NCBI GenBank assembly: GCA_015486845.1 | Contig: WFQU01000160.1 | Span: 3,313-67,312 of the forward strand | Direction: 5' to 3' | Source: Anaerolineae bacterium | GTDB lineage: Bacteria; Chloroflexota; Anaerolineae; JAADDB01 | Length of the DNA: 64,000 nt | Notes under the pieces: model-generated | What the model was told of the DNA's origin: nothing | What the model saw: the letters and a program-made list of their open reading frames with translations, nothing else | Database searches by the model: none | Position numbers and translations under genes: made by a program | In this document: piece after piece, positions 1-9,495 of the stretch | Numbering within the stretch: position 1 is the stretch's first letter | How the letters are laid out: each line of letters begins with the position of its first letter

Positions 1-1116
1 GAATTTGTTGATGGAGGATTTTCTGCCAGCAGGGCGCAACGCAATCCAAGCGATGCCATGAGCACCATACTGTTGGACAAAATGGCTCAGATCATCTAAC
101 TGTTTGCGGGAATAGCCCGCCATTTCTGGCCCTCGCAGCGCTTTGATCTCTCCGCCGGATGCAATGACGTTCTGAAACGCTCGGAAACTACTCTCTCTAA
201 ACAGATCTGTGCTATTCACCAACGGCAACCCGAAGCGCAAATCCGGTTTGTCGCTGCCGTAGCGGTCTATTGCGTCGGTGTAGGTCAGATGGGGAAATGG
301 TTTGTGTAGCAGGCGTTTGCCAGGTGTAAGCTGTTCTACCATTTGCGTTAGCATTGTTTCGATGAGGCGCAGGACGTCTTCCTGTTCCACAAAAGACATT
401 TCCAGGTCTAATTGGGTGAACTCTGGTTGCCGATCAGCGCGTAGATCTTCGTCGCGAAAACAGCGGGCGATCTGGAAATAGCGTTCGAAGCCGGCAACCA
501 TCAGCAATTGCTTGAGCTGCTGCGGTGATTGGGGCAATGCGTAGAATTTGCCGGGGTGTACACGGCTGGGCACCACGTAATCACGAGCTCCTTCCGGTGT
601 GCTTTTCAGCAAAATTGGTGTTTCGATTTCCAAAAAATCTTCCCGATCCAAAAAATCGCGGATGAATTTGATGATTTTGTGGCGCAAAATAATGTTCTTT
701 TGCATCTTTTCCCTGCGCAGGTCGAGATAGCGGTATTTCAAGCGTAATGTCTCGTCGACATTGCTCTCGGTGTTGATGTAAAACGGTGGCGTTTTGGCCG
801 GATTGAGAATGCGCACACTCTGGATGCTGACTTCGACATCGCCGGTGGCTAAATTAGGATTGCGCAGCGCTTCGGGGCGGGCTACTACCTCGCCCGTCAT
901 TTGTACGACATATTCGTTGCGCAGTTGGCTGGCGATTTTGTGCGCTTCAGGTTGTTCCGCCGAGTTGATGACCACTTGCACGATCCCGGAGCGATCGCGC
1001 AAATCGATGAAAATGAGTCCACCGTGATCCCGGCGGCGGTGTACCCAACCCGCCAAAGTGACTGCCTCTCCAACGTCTTCTAACCGTAAATATCCGCAAT
1101 ATTCTGATTTCAACAT
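1..1116 (-). CDS. aspS: aspartyl-tRNA synthetase, partial (C-terminus lies beyond the window start)
   Basis: The minus-strand translation from ATG at comp(1114..1116) reads [44 protein letters not shown], followed by a GAD-insertion-like segment [24 protein letters not shown]. This is class IIb AspRS architecture. The ORF runs off the window edge, so it is absent from the supplied ORF track. Confidence 0.85.
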   Translation of the reverse strand, partial: MLKSEYCGYLRLEDVGEAVTLAGWVHRRRDHGGLIFIDLRDRSGIVQVVINSAEQPEAHKIASQLRNEYVVQMTGEVVARPEALRNPNLATGDVEVSIQSVRILNPAKTPPFYINTESNVDETLRLKYRYLDLRREKMQKNIILRHKIIKFIRDFLDREDFLEIETPILLKSTPEGARDYVVPSRVHPGKFYALPQSPQQLKQLLMVAGFERYFQIARCFRDEDLRADRQPEFTQLDLEMSFVEQEDVLRLIETMLTQMVEQLTPGKRLLHKPFPHLTYTDAIDRYGSDKPDLRFGLPLVNSTDLFRESSFRAFQNVIASGGEIKALRGPEMAGYSRKQLDDLSHFVQQYGAHGIAWIALRPAGRKSSINKF

Positions 1117-1442
1117 GGTAGGTATCAATCCTCTTCTCTGCTGCCTTATTGGTCGAGGCGCGCTGTTATTGCTTCTCTCCTGGAGCGTGATTATACAATG
1201 TGCTAAAAGTGGAAAGCAAACAAAGACGGGTGCGACATGTGCACCGTTCGGGTATAGATGCTACGAGGCAGGCCTGGCATAATACGCGCAATAGTGTTTC
1301 GTGCTGCGGCGTGTTACCTGTGCCATTGGTGTGGGTGTTGCCGCTTTCGCAAATAGCACATTTTGGTTGGGGAACTATTACATTGTGTTGGAGCAGGCCG
1401 AAGTGACGCTGGCGCTATTATATGTCCTCCTTTCAGGAAGAG

Positions 1443-1471
1443 CTGGCTGTTCTGGATAAAGGACGACAAAT
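1443..1471 (+). promoter_or_regulatory. candidate sigma70-type promoter for the AIM24-family gene (TGGATA-17 bp-TATAAT)
   Basis: TGGATA at 1443-1448, a 17-bp spacer, and TATAAT at 1466-1471. This lies about 85 bp upstream of the 1558 start, which has an AAAGGAAA ribosome-binding site. Confidence 0.4.
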
Positions 1472-1557
1472 TTGCTATAATTGGAGTTAGCTCCCTCGTT
1501 GTTCTGTTCACGGTTACTCGTTGGTGGACATGCGTTCTTGCAGAAAGGAAATGAAAA

Positions 1558-2244
1558 ATGGCTTTGGAATACAAGATTTCGGATAGTATTTTGCCTATTG
1601 TCACTATTAGCTTGAAACCGGGAGAAGTGGTTTATTCGGAATCTGGTGGCATGAGCTGGATGTCGGCCAACGTCGAGATGAAGACGCACTCTGGAGGTGG
1701 CTTGGGCAAAATGCTGAAGCGCAAATTGAGCGGTGAGTCTTTATTTATCACGGATTATTTCGTGTCGAGGGATGACGGAAGTGTGGCCTTTGCCAGCGAG
1801 TTTCCGGGGCGCATCTTGGCGATGCCGTTGGAAACCGGCGAGGTGCTCATTGCCCAGAAAGATGCTTTCATGTGCGCTGAGAAGAGCGTCGATTTAGATT
1901 TGCATCTTAATCGGAGAATTGGTGCCGGTTTTTTCGGTGGTGAGGGTTTCATCATGGAGAAAATCACGGGCCCCGGTCTTGTTTTCTTCGAGTTCGATGG
2001 TGATATTGTGGAGATGACGCTGGCAAAAGGGGAAAGCCTGCGGGTAGATGCCGGCCATATTGCTATGTTCCAACCGTCCGTGCAATATGATGTCAAAATG
2101 GTCAAAGGGGTTGGCAATATGTTGTTTGGCGGTGAAGGATTGTTCCTGGCGACTTTGCGTGGTCCGGGGAAAATCTGGTTACAGACAATGCCTCTCGTCA
2201 AATTGGCAGGTAGGATGATCCCCTTTTTCCCGACCAAAAGTTAA
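1558..2244 (+). CDS. AIM24/DUF124 (TIGR00266) family protein
   Basis: 228 aa. It carries glycine-rich repeats GGEGFIMEKITGPGLVFFEFDG and GGEGLFLATLRGPGKIWLQT typical of the AIM24 family, and a good ribosome-binding site. Confidence 0.75.
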   Translation: MALEYKISDSILPIVTISLKPGEVVYSESGGMSWMSANVEMKTHSGGGLGKMLKRKLSGESLFITDYFVSRDDGSVAFASEFPGRILAMPLETGEVLIAQKDAFMCAEKSVDLDLHLNRRIGAGFFGGEGFIMEKITGPGLVFFEFDGDIVEMTLAKGESLRVDAGHIAMFQPSVQYDVKMVKGVGNMLFGGEGLFLATLRGPGKIWLQTMPLVKLAGRMIPFFPTKS

Positions 2245-2262
2245 GCGGATCGTTTGTAGTGC

Positions 2263-2309
2263 GGCTATAAGGCTGAACGCAAATGAAGGTCATGTTCAGC
2301 CTTATAGCC
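2263..2309. repeat. perfect 16-bp inverted repeat (stem-loop) between the AIM24-family gene and the FAD oxidoreductase gene
   Basis: ggctataaggctgaac (2263-2278) and gttcagccttatagcc (2294-2309) flank a 15-nt loop. No U-tract follows. Confidence 0.6.
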
Positions 2310-2327
2310 ATTTCAGGAAGGGCTGGC

Positions 2328-3500
2328 ATGGCAAAGACAGCGGATGTTATTATTATTGGTGGGGGCGTGCATGGCGCCAGTATGGCTTTTCATTTAGCCC
2401 GGCGGGGCGTGAAGCCATTGGTGTTGGAGCGAAAGTTTGTGGCCGCGGGCGCGACGGGACGTTCCAGTGGCTTGGTGCGGATGCATTATGATTTACGTGA
2501 GGAAGCGGAACTGGTCTGGCGTTCCTTCGCTTATTTTCGCAACTGGGATGAAATGGTGGGCGGCGACAGCGGTTTTGTGCGCACGGGTTTTATTCGTATT
2601 GTACAGCCGGAGTACGAAGCAGCACTGCGGGCGAATGTGAAAATGCAGCAGGAAGTAGGGATTCCCACGTTGTTGGTGACTGGAGGCGATATCAAGCGGT
2701 TGGCGCCTTACATGGTGACCGACGATTTTTCGGTGGCGGCGTACGAGCCGGAGTCGGGGTATGCAGACCCGTCGGGCACAGCCATGAGCCTGATGACGGC
2801 GGCTCGTCGGCTGGGCGCGACTTTGAAGTCAGGCACGGCTGTGGCCGAAGTGTTGGCGAATGATAGCAAAGTGATCGGCGTGAAAAGCGCAGATGGCACG
2901 GAATACCACGCGCCGGCGGTGGTGGACGCGGCGGGAGCCTGGGCGGACCGCATCGCTGCCATGGTGGGTTTGACCTTGCCGTTGACGACTTGGAGCCACG
3001 ATGTGATGTTCATCCGCCGGCCCAAATCGGTCGGGCTTTCGCATCCCACGGTGATCGACGACCAGCAGGAGATGTATTTCCGTCCCGAGCGGGGCGGGCT
3101 GACGCTGGTGGGGCTGGAGTGCGACAATCCGCTGGGCGAAGACCCGGATGGAGATACGGATCACGCCCATCCCGGCTACGTCGAACGCGCCGTAGATCAT
3201 ATCTGCCACCGCATTCCGGTGATGGAAGAGGGCTCGTTGCATAGCGCTTACAAAGGCTATGATGGCCTTTCCAGCGACCAACGTGCCATTTTGGGCCCGG
3301 CGGGGCCGGAAGGCTTCTGGCTGAACTGTGGGCACAGCGGTACCGGTTTTAAGATCGCGCCGGCCACGGGCGAAAGTTTGACGGAGTGGATGCTGGACGG
3401 CGTGCCGCACACGGTAGACATCCGGCCGTTTACTTTCGACCGGTTTGCCGCTGGCCGGCCGCTGCGGGGCGAACACCCGTACGCCGATATCTGGCGGTAA
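2328..3500 (+). CDS. FAD-dependent oxidoreductase (DAO family; glycine/sarcosine oxidase beta-like)
   Basis: An N-terminal dinucleotide-binding motif ADVIIIGGGVHGASMAFHLA. The ORF track starts at 2283, but the ATG at 2328 has an AGGAAGGG ribosome-binding site. The C-terminal part reads GHSGTGFKIAPATGE. Confidence 0.8.
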   Translation: MAKTADVIIIGGGVHGASMAFHLARRGVKPLVLERKFVAAGATGRSSGLVRMHYDLREEAELVWRSFAYFRNWDEMVGGDSGFVRTGFIRIVQPEYEAALRANVKMQQEVGIPTLLVTGGDIKRLAPYMVTDDFSVAAYEPESGYADPSGTAMSLMTAARRLGATLKSGTAVAEVLANDSKVIGVKSADGTEYHAPAVVDAAGAWADRIAAMVGLTLPLTTWSHDVMFIRRPKSVGLSHPTVIDDQQEMYFRPERGGLTLVGLECDNPLGEDPDGDTDHAHPGYVERAVDHICHRIPVMEEGSLHSAYKGYDGLSSDQRAILGPAGPEGFWLNCGHSGTGFKIAPATGESLTEWMLDGVPHTVDIRPFTFDRFAAGRPLRGEHPYADIWR

Positions 3501-3504
3501 ATAA

Positions 3505-3582
3505 AGGACGTTGATGACGCAGATTTCATGTTGACAAAACAAAGAGACCAGTGCAGTCAGCGCGTGTCAGCGGCATCTGCGT
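3505..3582 (+). repeat. module C copy C1
   Basis: ggacgttgatgacgcagatttca...tcagcgcgtgtcagcg. Similar to 12184-12276. Confidence 0.5.
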
Positions 3583-3628
3583 CTGATTCAACGCTTAACG
3601 CAAATGCGAGACATTTCGGGACGACTTC

Positions 3629-4114
3629 CTACCGCAAACTCGTGAGCGCCAGCAGGCCGCCGAACCCGACGATGACGGCGCCGGAGATCCGGTTGACCCA
3701 TTGCAAGCCGCTGGCGTTGAATTTGCCGCGGGAAAGGCCGACCCCCGTGCTCAAATAGCTTCCCCGCGCGCCGGCGAGACCTAACCCGGCAAATATTGCC
3801 GCAAAGGAAATGATAGTCATTGGGTTGGTGAGGGTTAGAAAAAACATGGAAGCGTAAGCGATCTGTAGGCCGTCGCTGGGGGCCTGGGCGGCTTCTTCTA
3901 CCGGTTTGGCCAATAGCGTCTTGAGCCCCAAATAGCAAAGAAACAGGCCGCCGATCAGTCGCAGCCAGGTTTGTTGGCCGACTAAGAGGTCGGAGATGAA
4001 GGTCAGGCCGAACCCGGCAATGCAGCCGTAGACTGCGTCGGCGGTGGCGGCCCCTAATCCGGAGACCAGCCCGGCGGCCCGTCCCTGGGCCAGGGTACGG
4101 CGTATGGCCAGCAC
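3629..4114 (-). CDS. LysE/ArgO-family amino-acid exporter; the N-terminus is uncertain or possibly truncated
   Basis: LAIRRTLAQGRAAGLVSGLGAATADA plus multiple transmembrane segments. The conserved N-terminal helix is missing: an in-frame stop lies only 13 codons upstream of the GTG at 4114. Confidence 0.6.
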   Translation of the reverse strand: MLAIRRTLAQGRAAGLVSGLGAATADAVYGCIAGFGLTFISDLLVGQQTWLRLIGGLFLCYLGLKTLLAKPVEEAAQAPSDGLQIAYASMFFLTLTNPMTIISFAAIFAGLGLAGARGSYLSTGVGLSRGKFNASGLQWVNRISGAVIVGFGGLLALTSLR

Positions 4115-4215
4115 GCCGATTCCGGGATGCGCTGCTTTCTTTATTATTGTCTATAACGTAATGTGTACCCGGACGACGATATTGGCCTTGATACCGGTGT
4201 GTGCCCAGCACTTGG

Positions 4216-5445
4216 CTAATCAACGACCTCCCGGCGTAGCAATGGCGATTCCGGTAGTCTCATACAGAGCAATAAGCCCACGACGAGTAGCCCGATGAGC
4301 AGTTCTAAGGGAAGTGTCATGGAACCACTGCTAGGCGCTTTGAGGCTGTCCATGCCAAAGATAAAAGCGATGCCGGCGATTTGTCCCATCAGCAGGAGAA
4401 AACCATTGGAAGTGCCTTCCGGGGCCGGGAATGTGATCTCGGCACCATATTGAAAGCCGATGGGGCCGCTGCTGAGCAGGAAAAAGCCCAACGTAAACGC
4501 CGAAATGAGCAACAGCGGGTAGCGGTCGGCGAAAGTGATGCCGATTAAGCCGATGGTGGCTCCTGTTAACGATATGACCATGAAAGGCACTCGGCGCTGG
4601 GCGCGGTCGGAAATCGAGGGTAAGATGGCTGCCCCGATGACGCCGCCGACAACCATTAAACCGCCTATCGTGCCGGCCTGGGTGATGGTGAAGCCTCTCG
4701 GCCGCACGATTTCTTCTATCCATGTCGTCACGCCGTTGAAGATGCCTAATCCTACGAAGAAGATTAGCATCAGCCAGAGGAACGTTTTGTTGCGCAAAAT
4801 GTCTTTCAGCCCATCGAGCATCAGGGATCGTTCTTCTTGCTCCGGCGGACATGGTGGGGTGGGGGGGCGTTCTTTAGCAACCAGTAAGAATGCGGCCGCG
4901 GCTATGGCTGCAATGATGCCGTAGATGATGAGCATGTTGCCCATGCCGGTGCTGATGACTAAGAAGGGCGTCGCGGCCATGCCGACGATGATGCCGACGT
5001 AAATGGCCAAGGTCCCTAATCCGGCAGCCGTGGCGCGTTCTTGTAATGGAAACCAGCGGGCTGCTACGGCCGTGATGGCGTTGAGAATGAACGGTTGCCC
5101 GATAGCAATACCGATTTGGGCGATGAGCACGAAAGTATAATTCGCCGGGAAGAGGCCGCGCATGAGACCGAAAATGCCGGTCAGCACGGCGCCGATTCCC
5201 ACGCCGACTTTGATGCCGTAGCTGTCGATGACCCAGGAAGCAGGGATCGAGAAGAGGATGAAAACGATCATGAAACTCATGGAGAGTAGGCCGATGGCTA
5301 AGTCCGAGACGCTGTAGAAACGGGTGGCACTGCTGGTAATGGGTGCGAAGGTGATCCAGAGAAGTTGGTTGGCAATTACAATGAGCATGAATGATAGCAA
5401 TACGATCCAGCGATAACGATACGTTTTGAAGCTGTTTTCCGACAT
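4216..5445 (-). CDS. MFS transporter
   Basis: 409 aa with 12 predicted transmembrane helices. An AAAGGAGG ribosome-binding site lies 8 nt upstream of ATG at comp(5443..5445). Confidence 0.8.
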   Translation of the reverse strand: MSENSFKTYRYRWIVLLSFMLIVIANQLLWITFAPITSSATRFYSVSDLAIGLLSMSFMIVFILFSIPASWVIDSYGIKVGVGIGAVLTGIFGLMRGLFPANYTFVLIAQIGIAIGQPFILNAITAVAARWFPLQERATAAGLGTLAIYVGIIVGMAATPFLVISTGMGNMLIIYGIIAAIAAAAFLLVAKERPPTPPCPPEQEERSLMLDGLKDILRNKTFLWLMLIFFVGLGIFNGVTTWIEEIVRPRGFTITQAGTIGGLMVVGGVIGAAILPSISDRAQRRVPFMVISLTGATIGLIGITFADRYPLLLISAFTLGFFLLSSGPIGFQYGAEITFPAPEGTSNGFLLLMGQIAGIAFIFGMDSLKAPSSGSMTLPLELLIGLLVVGLLLCMRLPESPLLRREVVD

Positions 5446-5468
5446 GTGGTGTGCCTCCTTTGAAAATA

Positions 5469-5700
5469 AAATGGGACGGAGATCAACGCGGGCTGCGCAC
5501 GCAGATAAAAAATCAAGCCTTCTTTAAAGAAGTTCAACTTCTTCGAGAAGTTGAACTTCTAATTGACGGGGTTGGCCGACTTAGCGCACGGAGCTCAAAG
5601 CTCTGTGCTACGTAAATGATAAGCCTCTTAGAAAGGGGCTGGTGTTAAGCGGCCTCTTTACAGAGGACGTTACCTTGACGTACCCCGCTGCCGTACCGGA
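5469..5700 (+). repeat. intergenic mosaic repeat, family A copy A1 (contains the 15-bp inverted repeat AGAAGTTCAACTTCT-N5-AGAAGTTGAACTTCT)
   Basis: Near-identical to 20349-20575. It is the reverse complement of 52600-52822 and 54808-55048. The hairpin is at 5528-5560. The terminal module abuts the MFS start codon. Confidence 0.8.
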
Positions 5701-5840
5701 ATTAAGGCTTTAGCCGGTGGTAGATCCACTAACCCGCCTAAAGGCTCGACGTCAGCCGCATCATTTTCATCCGTTGTGGTAGGCCTGTCTGCGTGCCCGC
5801 ACAGGCAGGCCACAGGCCCATCTGAAAATAAACTTCTCTG

Positions 5841-5953
5841 GAGGGTAGCCGAGGGCATTGCCCTCGGCTACCCTCTCCTCCGAAAAATAGAACGCCGACT
5901 AATCGCCCTACGGCGATTTGGCAGACGTTGCCGTGACTTTCAGTCGCTGGGCC
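5841..5953. repeat. 36-bp palindrome plus a partial family B module (B8, no core palindrome)
   Basis: A perfect palindrome gagggtagccgagggca/tgccctcggctaccctc lies at 5841-5876. The segment ccgactaatcgccctacggcgatttggcagacgttgccgtgact matches B-element arms at 12090, 34430 and 54700. Confidence 0.6.
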
Positions 5954-6084
5954 ATCTTTTTCTTTCGAGAGCACTGCCCTCGAGCTCCCCGCAGGGGAAC
6001 CGTATGGTTTCCTTCCAACCCTTCTGAAAAGCGTTCCCCCAGCTAAGGTGGTCAAACGAATTAAATAGGTCGTTGCTATTCATG

Positions 6085-7119
6085 TTAGATAACTTTGCCG
6101 CCGGAATTGCCGCGAGCGGGGTGGGGAAGGGCTTGCCGCCAGTGTACTGCCTGCCGGCGCCGGTTCCGCCAGCGCCAATAGCATCCGACAGGATAGCCGA
6201 TCATTTTCGCAATATCACCGCTCAGCCGGATTGCCGGTACCCAGCAGGCAGCGATCATCCGTTGAGTTTGGCTGTACGCTTGCCACAGGCGTTGTAAGCG
6301 CAACCACGGCCGGCGCAGGTAGAGCAATCCGCTTAGCAAGAGCAATAGCACTGTGAATTTAGTGCGGCTGGCGACCAGGGTTAGCGCTGGTAATACAATG
6401 AGGTATGTTAGATAACGCAGACCGTGGCGTGTGCGCCAAAGATCGGCTTTGCCGTCCCCGCGGGCGTAGCGGTAATATTGCTGGGCGAATTGTCGTAAGT
6501 TCTTCCGTGGACGGAAATGAACGACGGCGTTGGGTGCCCAGTGGATCTTGTCACATCTGGCCCGAAGCTGAAAATCGAAGAGCAGGTCTTCGCAATAGTC
6601 AAGCCAGGTTGGGTAACCGCCGCTGGCCTTCCAGGCTCTTCTCGTGAAAGCTACTGATCGGCTGGAGGGAAGAAATGTTGCCGGGTTGATCTCCTCTTTT
6701 AAGGGCAATGTGGTAGCGCCTAAAGCTAGTTCGAATACGTTGGCCGGGTCGGCCTGGAAGAAGCCAGCCACGGCTTCTATCTTCTCTTCTCGGCCTCGTA
6801 ATGGCTTGGTGATCTGTTCTAACCAGTCTGGCTCTAAGCGCACACCGGCATCTGTGACAGCTATGATCTGGCCTTTCGTCGCGTTGATGGCAGCGTTACG
6901 TCCGGTGCTGATATTGGCCTGAGGAATGACGAGCACCCGCACCGGCAAATGGTTACTAAAAGCATTGATGCGGTCTACCGTTCCATCGGTCGAACCGCCA
7001 TCGACAAAAAGAATTTCGTCCGGCTGTACAGTTTGAGCCACTAACGAATCCAGCAAAACATTAATGCTGTTGCTTTCGTTATAGACTGTGATGGCTATCG
7101 AAATAATTTCTGTTTTATC
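6085..7119 (-). CDS. family 2 glycosyltransferase (GT-A fold) with a C-terminal membrane segment
   Basis: ISIAITVYNESNSINVLLDSL...DEILFVDGGSTDGT. The preferred start is the TTG at comp(7117..7119), which has an AGGGAGG ribosome-binding site. The ORF track starts at 7158. Confidence 0.75.
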   Translation of the reverse strand, partial: DKTEIISIAITVYNESNSINVLLDSLVAQTVQPDEILFVDGGSTDGTVDRINAFSNHLPVRVLVIPQANISTGRNAAINATKGQIIAVTDAGVRLEPDWLEQITKPLRGREEKIEAVAGFFQADPANVFELALGATTLPLKEEINPATFLPSSRSVAFTRRAWKASGGYPTWLDYCEDLLFDFQLRARCDKIHWAPNAVVHFRPRKNLRQFAQQYYRYARGDGKADLWRTRHGLRYLTYLIVLPALTLVASRTKFTVLLLLLSGLLYLRRPWLRLQRLWQAYSQTQRMIAACWVPAIRLSGDIAKMIGYPVGCYWRWRNRRRQAVHWRQALPHPARGNSGGKVI

Positions 7120-7180
7120 AGTCAAAGTAATTGCCTCCCTGGGGCTTCGTATAGTCAATCACTATGTATTACGCGTTTTA

Positions 7181-7852
7181 CTATACGTAAGCGCATTTAC
7201 GAGTTATTATGGCAAGGCTGGTTAGGATTAATAACGCCAAGAGTAGCCACAACGGCCCCCACCCAATTCGAAAGCTGTGTGCGTACAGGTGTCGTAGCTC
7301 TGGAAGCAAACGTGCGAATTGCCAAAGCGCACCAATGGTTGCGATACCATTGACAATAGACAACGCTAACCAGGAGACGTATCGGTGCCAATAGGGTGTG
7401 GTGAACCAGATCAGCACGGATAATACCAGCCAGCCGGTAAATAATCTGTTAGCTGGTCGTAATAGTATTGCTGGAGTCCAGGTTGGGGGTAGTAACGGAT
7501 AGCTTTGGCTGCCGGCCAACAGCCAAAGCACTCCACGCCAGATACGCAGGTTGGTGCCGGGGAACGCTCGCCAGGCAATATATCCGATTGTCAAGGTGGT
7601 AGTGATGATCGGCGCAGCCAGCCAAAACCGCTGTAAAGCGTGTTGTCCGGCACGTGTGGCAGGCAGTAGTTCGATGAAGTTTGGCAACAGAAAAAGATTA
7701 AAGCGCAGGCTCATGGCGCCTTGATTGCTGGTTAGCCAGGCTGACCAGGCTGATAGCGCGTTACAGACAATCAAGCAGAGTAGGAGGATAGAGAGTAGAG
7801 GGTTTCCGTTTGAAGTAGTTCGTGTTTTTCGTGTAGTCATTATACTATCCAA
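7181..7852 (-). CDS. hypothetical polytopic membrane protein
   Basis: 223 aa with multiple hydrophobic helices. It sits between two glycosyltransferase genes. Confidence 0.5.
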   Translation of the reverse strand: MDSIMTTRKTRTTSNGNPLLSILLLCLIVCNALSAWSAWLTSNQGAMSLRFNLFLLPNFIELLPATRAGQHALQRFWLAAPIITTTLTIGYIAWRAFPGTNLRIWRGVLWLLAGSQSYPLLPPTWTPAILLRPANRLFTGWLVLSVLIWFTTPYWHRYVSWLALSIVNGIATIGALWQFARLLPELRHLYAHSFRIGWGPLWLLLALLILTSLAIITRKCAYV

Positions 7853-7879
7853 TCATCACACTCCACTAAATTCACCAAA

Positions 7880-9031
7880 TCACCCACCCAAGCCACCCAA
7901 GACCGACCAATAAACCATCAATAACGCACCTGCCGCAGCTTCCCAAGTAAAACGTTTCGCCCGGGTTAGTCCACGTCGGGCATATGCTGCTCTCGTTTCT
8001 TCACTTTCAGCCAAAGCCAGCAAAGCGGTCAACCAAGACTGTTCTTCCTCCAAAGGCAAAACATAGCCGGCGTCTCCGACTACTTCGGGCAGGGAAGCCC
8101 GATCACTGACCACAACAGGCGTACCGCACGCCATCGCTTCCAGTGGCGGTAGCCCAAAGCCTTCATAGTGTGATGGGTAAACTAAGGCGTCGGCGCAACT
8201 CAAGAGCGCCGGCAAATCCGCATCATCGACGAAGCCGACAAAATGGATACGCGCACGCGCCGGGCTGGCTGCCGCCGCGGCGAAGACAGGCTCGTAGTCC
8301 CATCCTTTTCCCCCGGCGATGACTAAATGCTGCCGCAGCCCGGGATGCGCCTCCACCAGCCGCGTGAAGATGCGAATGAGGCCGGTCAGGTTCTTGCGCG
8401 GTTCTATCTTCCCCACGAACAGGAAGAAACGTTCCGGCAGCGCGTATTTGTCGCGCACGCGGTCCAACGCTTCATTGTCGTTGATGGGCCGGAAGCGTCG
8501 GTCGACACCGCAATAAACCACGCTGACGCGCTCTTCCGGAATCCCCCAAATGCGCACGATGTCCCGGCGCGTCGATTCCGAATCGGCAATGAGATGATTT
8601 GCCCGGCGCGCGGAGCGGGGCACCGCTTTTGCCAGGAACTGTTGCAATTTGCGGTGGGCGAATTGCGGCATGACCAGGAACGAAAGATCGTGAATGGTTA
8701 GAATGGTGCGGCCCGAGAGGGTGGGGAGGAGCAAATAATCCGGGAAGTGCCACAAGTCCGCTTTGCCCACGAATGGCTCTATTGGCCACGGCACTCGCAC
8801 TCGCTGCCAGAAGATGATCCCCTGGCGCTCTGTCAACGGTAAATGGCGCACTGGGAAAGGCGTGCGCTTTCCGCCGATCACCGCGTTCTTGTTCGCGAAA
8901 AGCTCGACCCGTACGTCCGCCGGCAAAATAGATCTCAGCGCGGTGAACAACTCGCGCGTGCAGCGGCCAATGCCGGCCGACTGCGTCAACGCTGACGTGT
9001 AATCTGCTCGAATGGTGGTTGCCATACTCAT
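7880..9031 (-). CDS. family 4 glycosyltransferase (GT-B, GT4)
   Basis: A C-terminal EGFGLPPLEAMACGTPVVVSD motif. ATGA start/stop overlap with gtrA. Confidence 0.85.
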   Translation of the reverse strand: MSMATTIRADYTSALTQSAGIGRCTRELFTALRSILPADVRVELFANKNAVIGGKRTPFPVRHLPLTERQGIIFWQRVRVPWPIEPFVGKADLWHFPDYLLLPTLSGRTILTIHDLSFLVMPQFAHRKLQQFLAKAVPRSARRANHLIADSESTRRDIVRIWGIPEERVSVVYCGVDRRFRPINDNEALDRVRDKYALPERFFLFVGKIEPRKNLTGLIRIFTRLVEAHPGLRQHLVIAGGKGWDYEPVFAAAAASPARARIHFVGFVDDADLPALLSCADALVYPSHYEGFGLPPLEAMACGTPVVVSDRASLPEVVGDAGYVLPLEEEQSWLTALLALAESEETRAAYARRGLTRAKRFTWEAAAGALLMVYWSVLGGLGG

Positions 9032-9495
9032 AATCCCCGGTAGGTCCAGAGGCGATTAGCGCCAAAGTTCCAGAACATAGCCACAAAACTGGCAGTCACT
9101 TTAGCGAAGTTCAAGCTCCAGACTGTTGCAAAGTAATGCGAGTAAATGAAATGGTCACTGCCTAAGAACACAGTCTGGTTGATGGTCCAGCCGACGAAAT
9201 AGACCATCATGAACTGGGCTAATTGGCCGTGCACGGCCCTTTCCCTGGATTCCGGGAAAGTCCAGAGCCGGTTCCAGGTGAAATTGTTGAGCACGGACAG
9301 GGAAAACGAAGCCGTGTTAGCCCAGAATTTCGGCCAGCCCAACACGAAGAAAAAGAAATTCAACAAGCCGAAATCGACAGCCGCTCCGCTGAAGCCGATG
9401 GTGCCGAATTTCAAGAACCGCTTTATCTCTTTCCGATGTCCCGGCGGCACGACTTCACGGTAGTGTGCCAACAACGATCCTAATCCGGTGATCAC
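9028..9495 (-). CDS. GtrA-family membrane protein (polysaccharide synthesis/translocation)
   Basis: 155 aa, with FGTIGFSGAAVDFGLLNFFFFVLGW...NFTWNRLWTF typical of GtrA. GTGA overlap with the upstream ORF. Confidence 0.75.
   Translation of the reverse strand: MITGLGSLLAHYREVVPPGHRKEIKRFLKFGTIGFSGAAVDFGLLNFFFFVLGWPKFWANTASFSLSVLNNFTWNRLWTFPESRERAVHGQLAQFMMVYFVGWTINQTVFLGSDHFIYSHYFATVWSLNFAKVTASFVAMFWNFGANRLWTYRGL

Noticed and set aside
1130-1557. T-box leader upstream of aspS (minus strand)
   Set aside because: No AATTAGGGTGGTACCGCG-like T-box sequence was found in the reverse complement.
2829-3542. 237-aa minus-strand ORF antisense to the FAD oxidoreductase. Similar long antisense ORFs occur at 3588-4223, 4331-4852, 8472-9086, 10282-10902, 13184-13834, 14339-15112, 15696-16409, 16178-16807, 17890-18444 and 19441-19989
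   Set aside because: These are typical high-GC antisense open frames (Arg/Pro/Gly-rich). Each fully overlaps a gene with clear homology on the other strand.
5738-6055. 105-aa and 83-aa ORFs in the 5700-6085 gap
   Set aside because: They run straight through palindromes and repeat modules, have no ribosome-binding site and show low-complexity composition.
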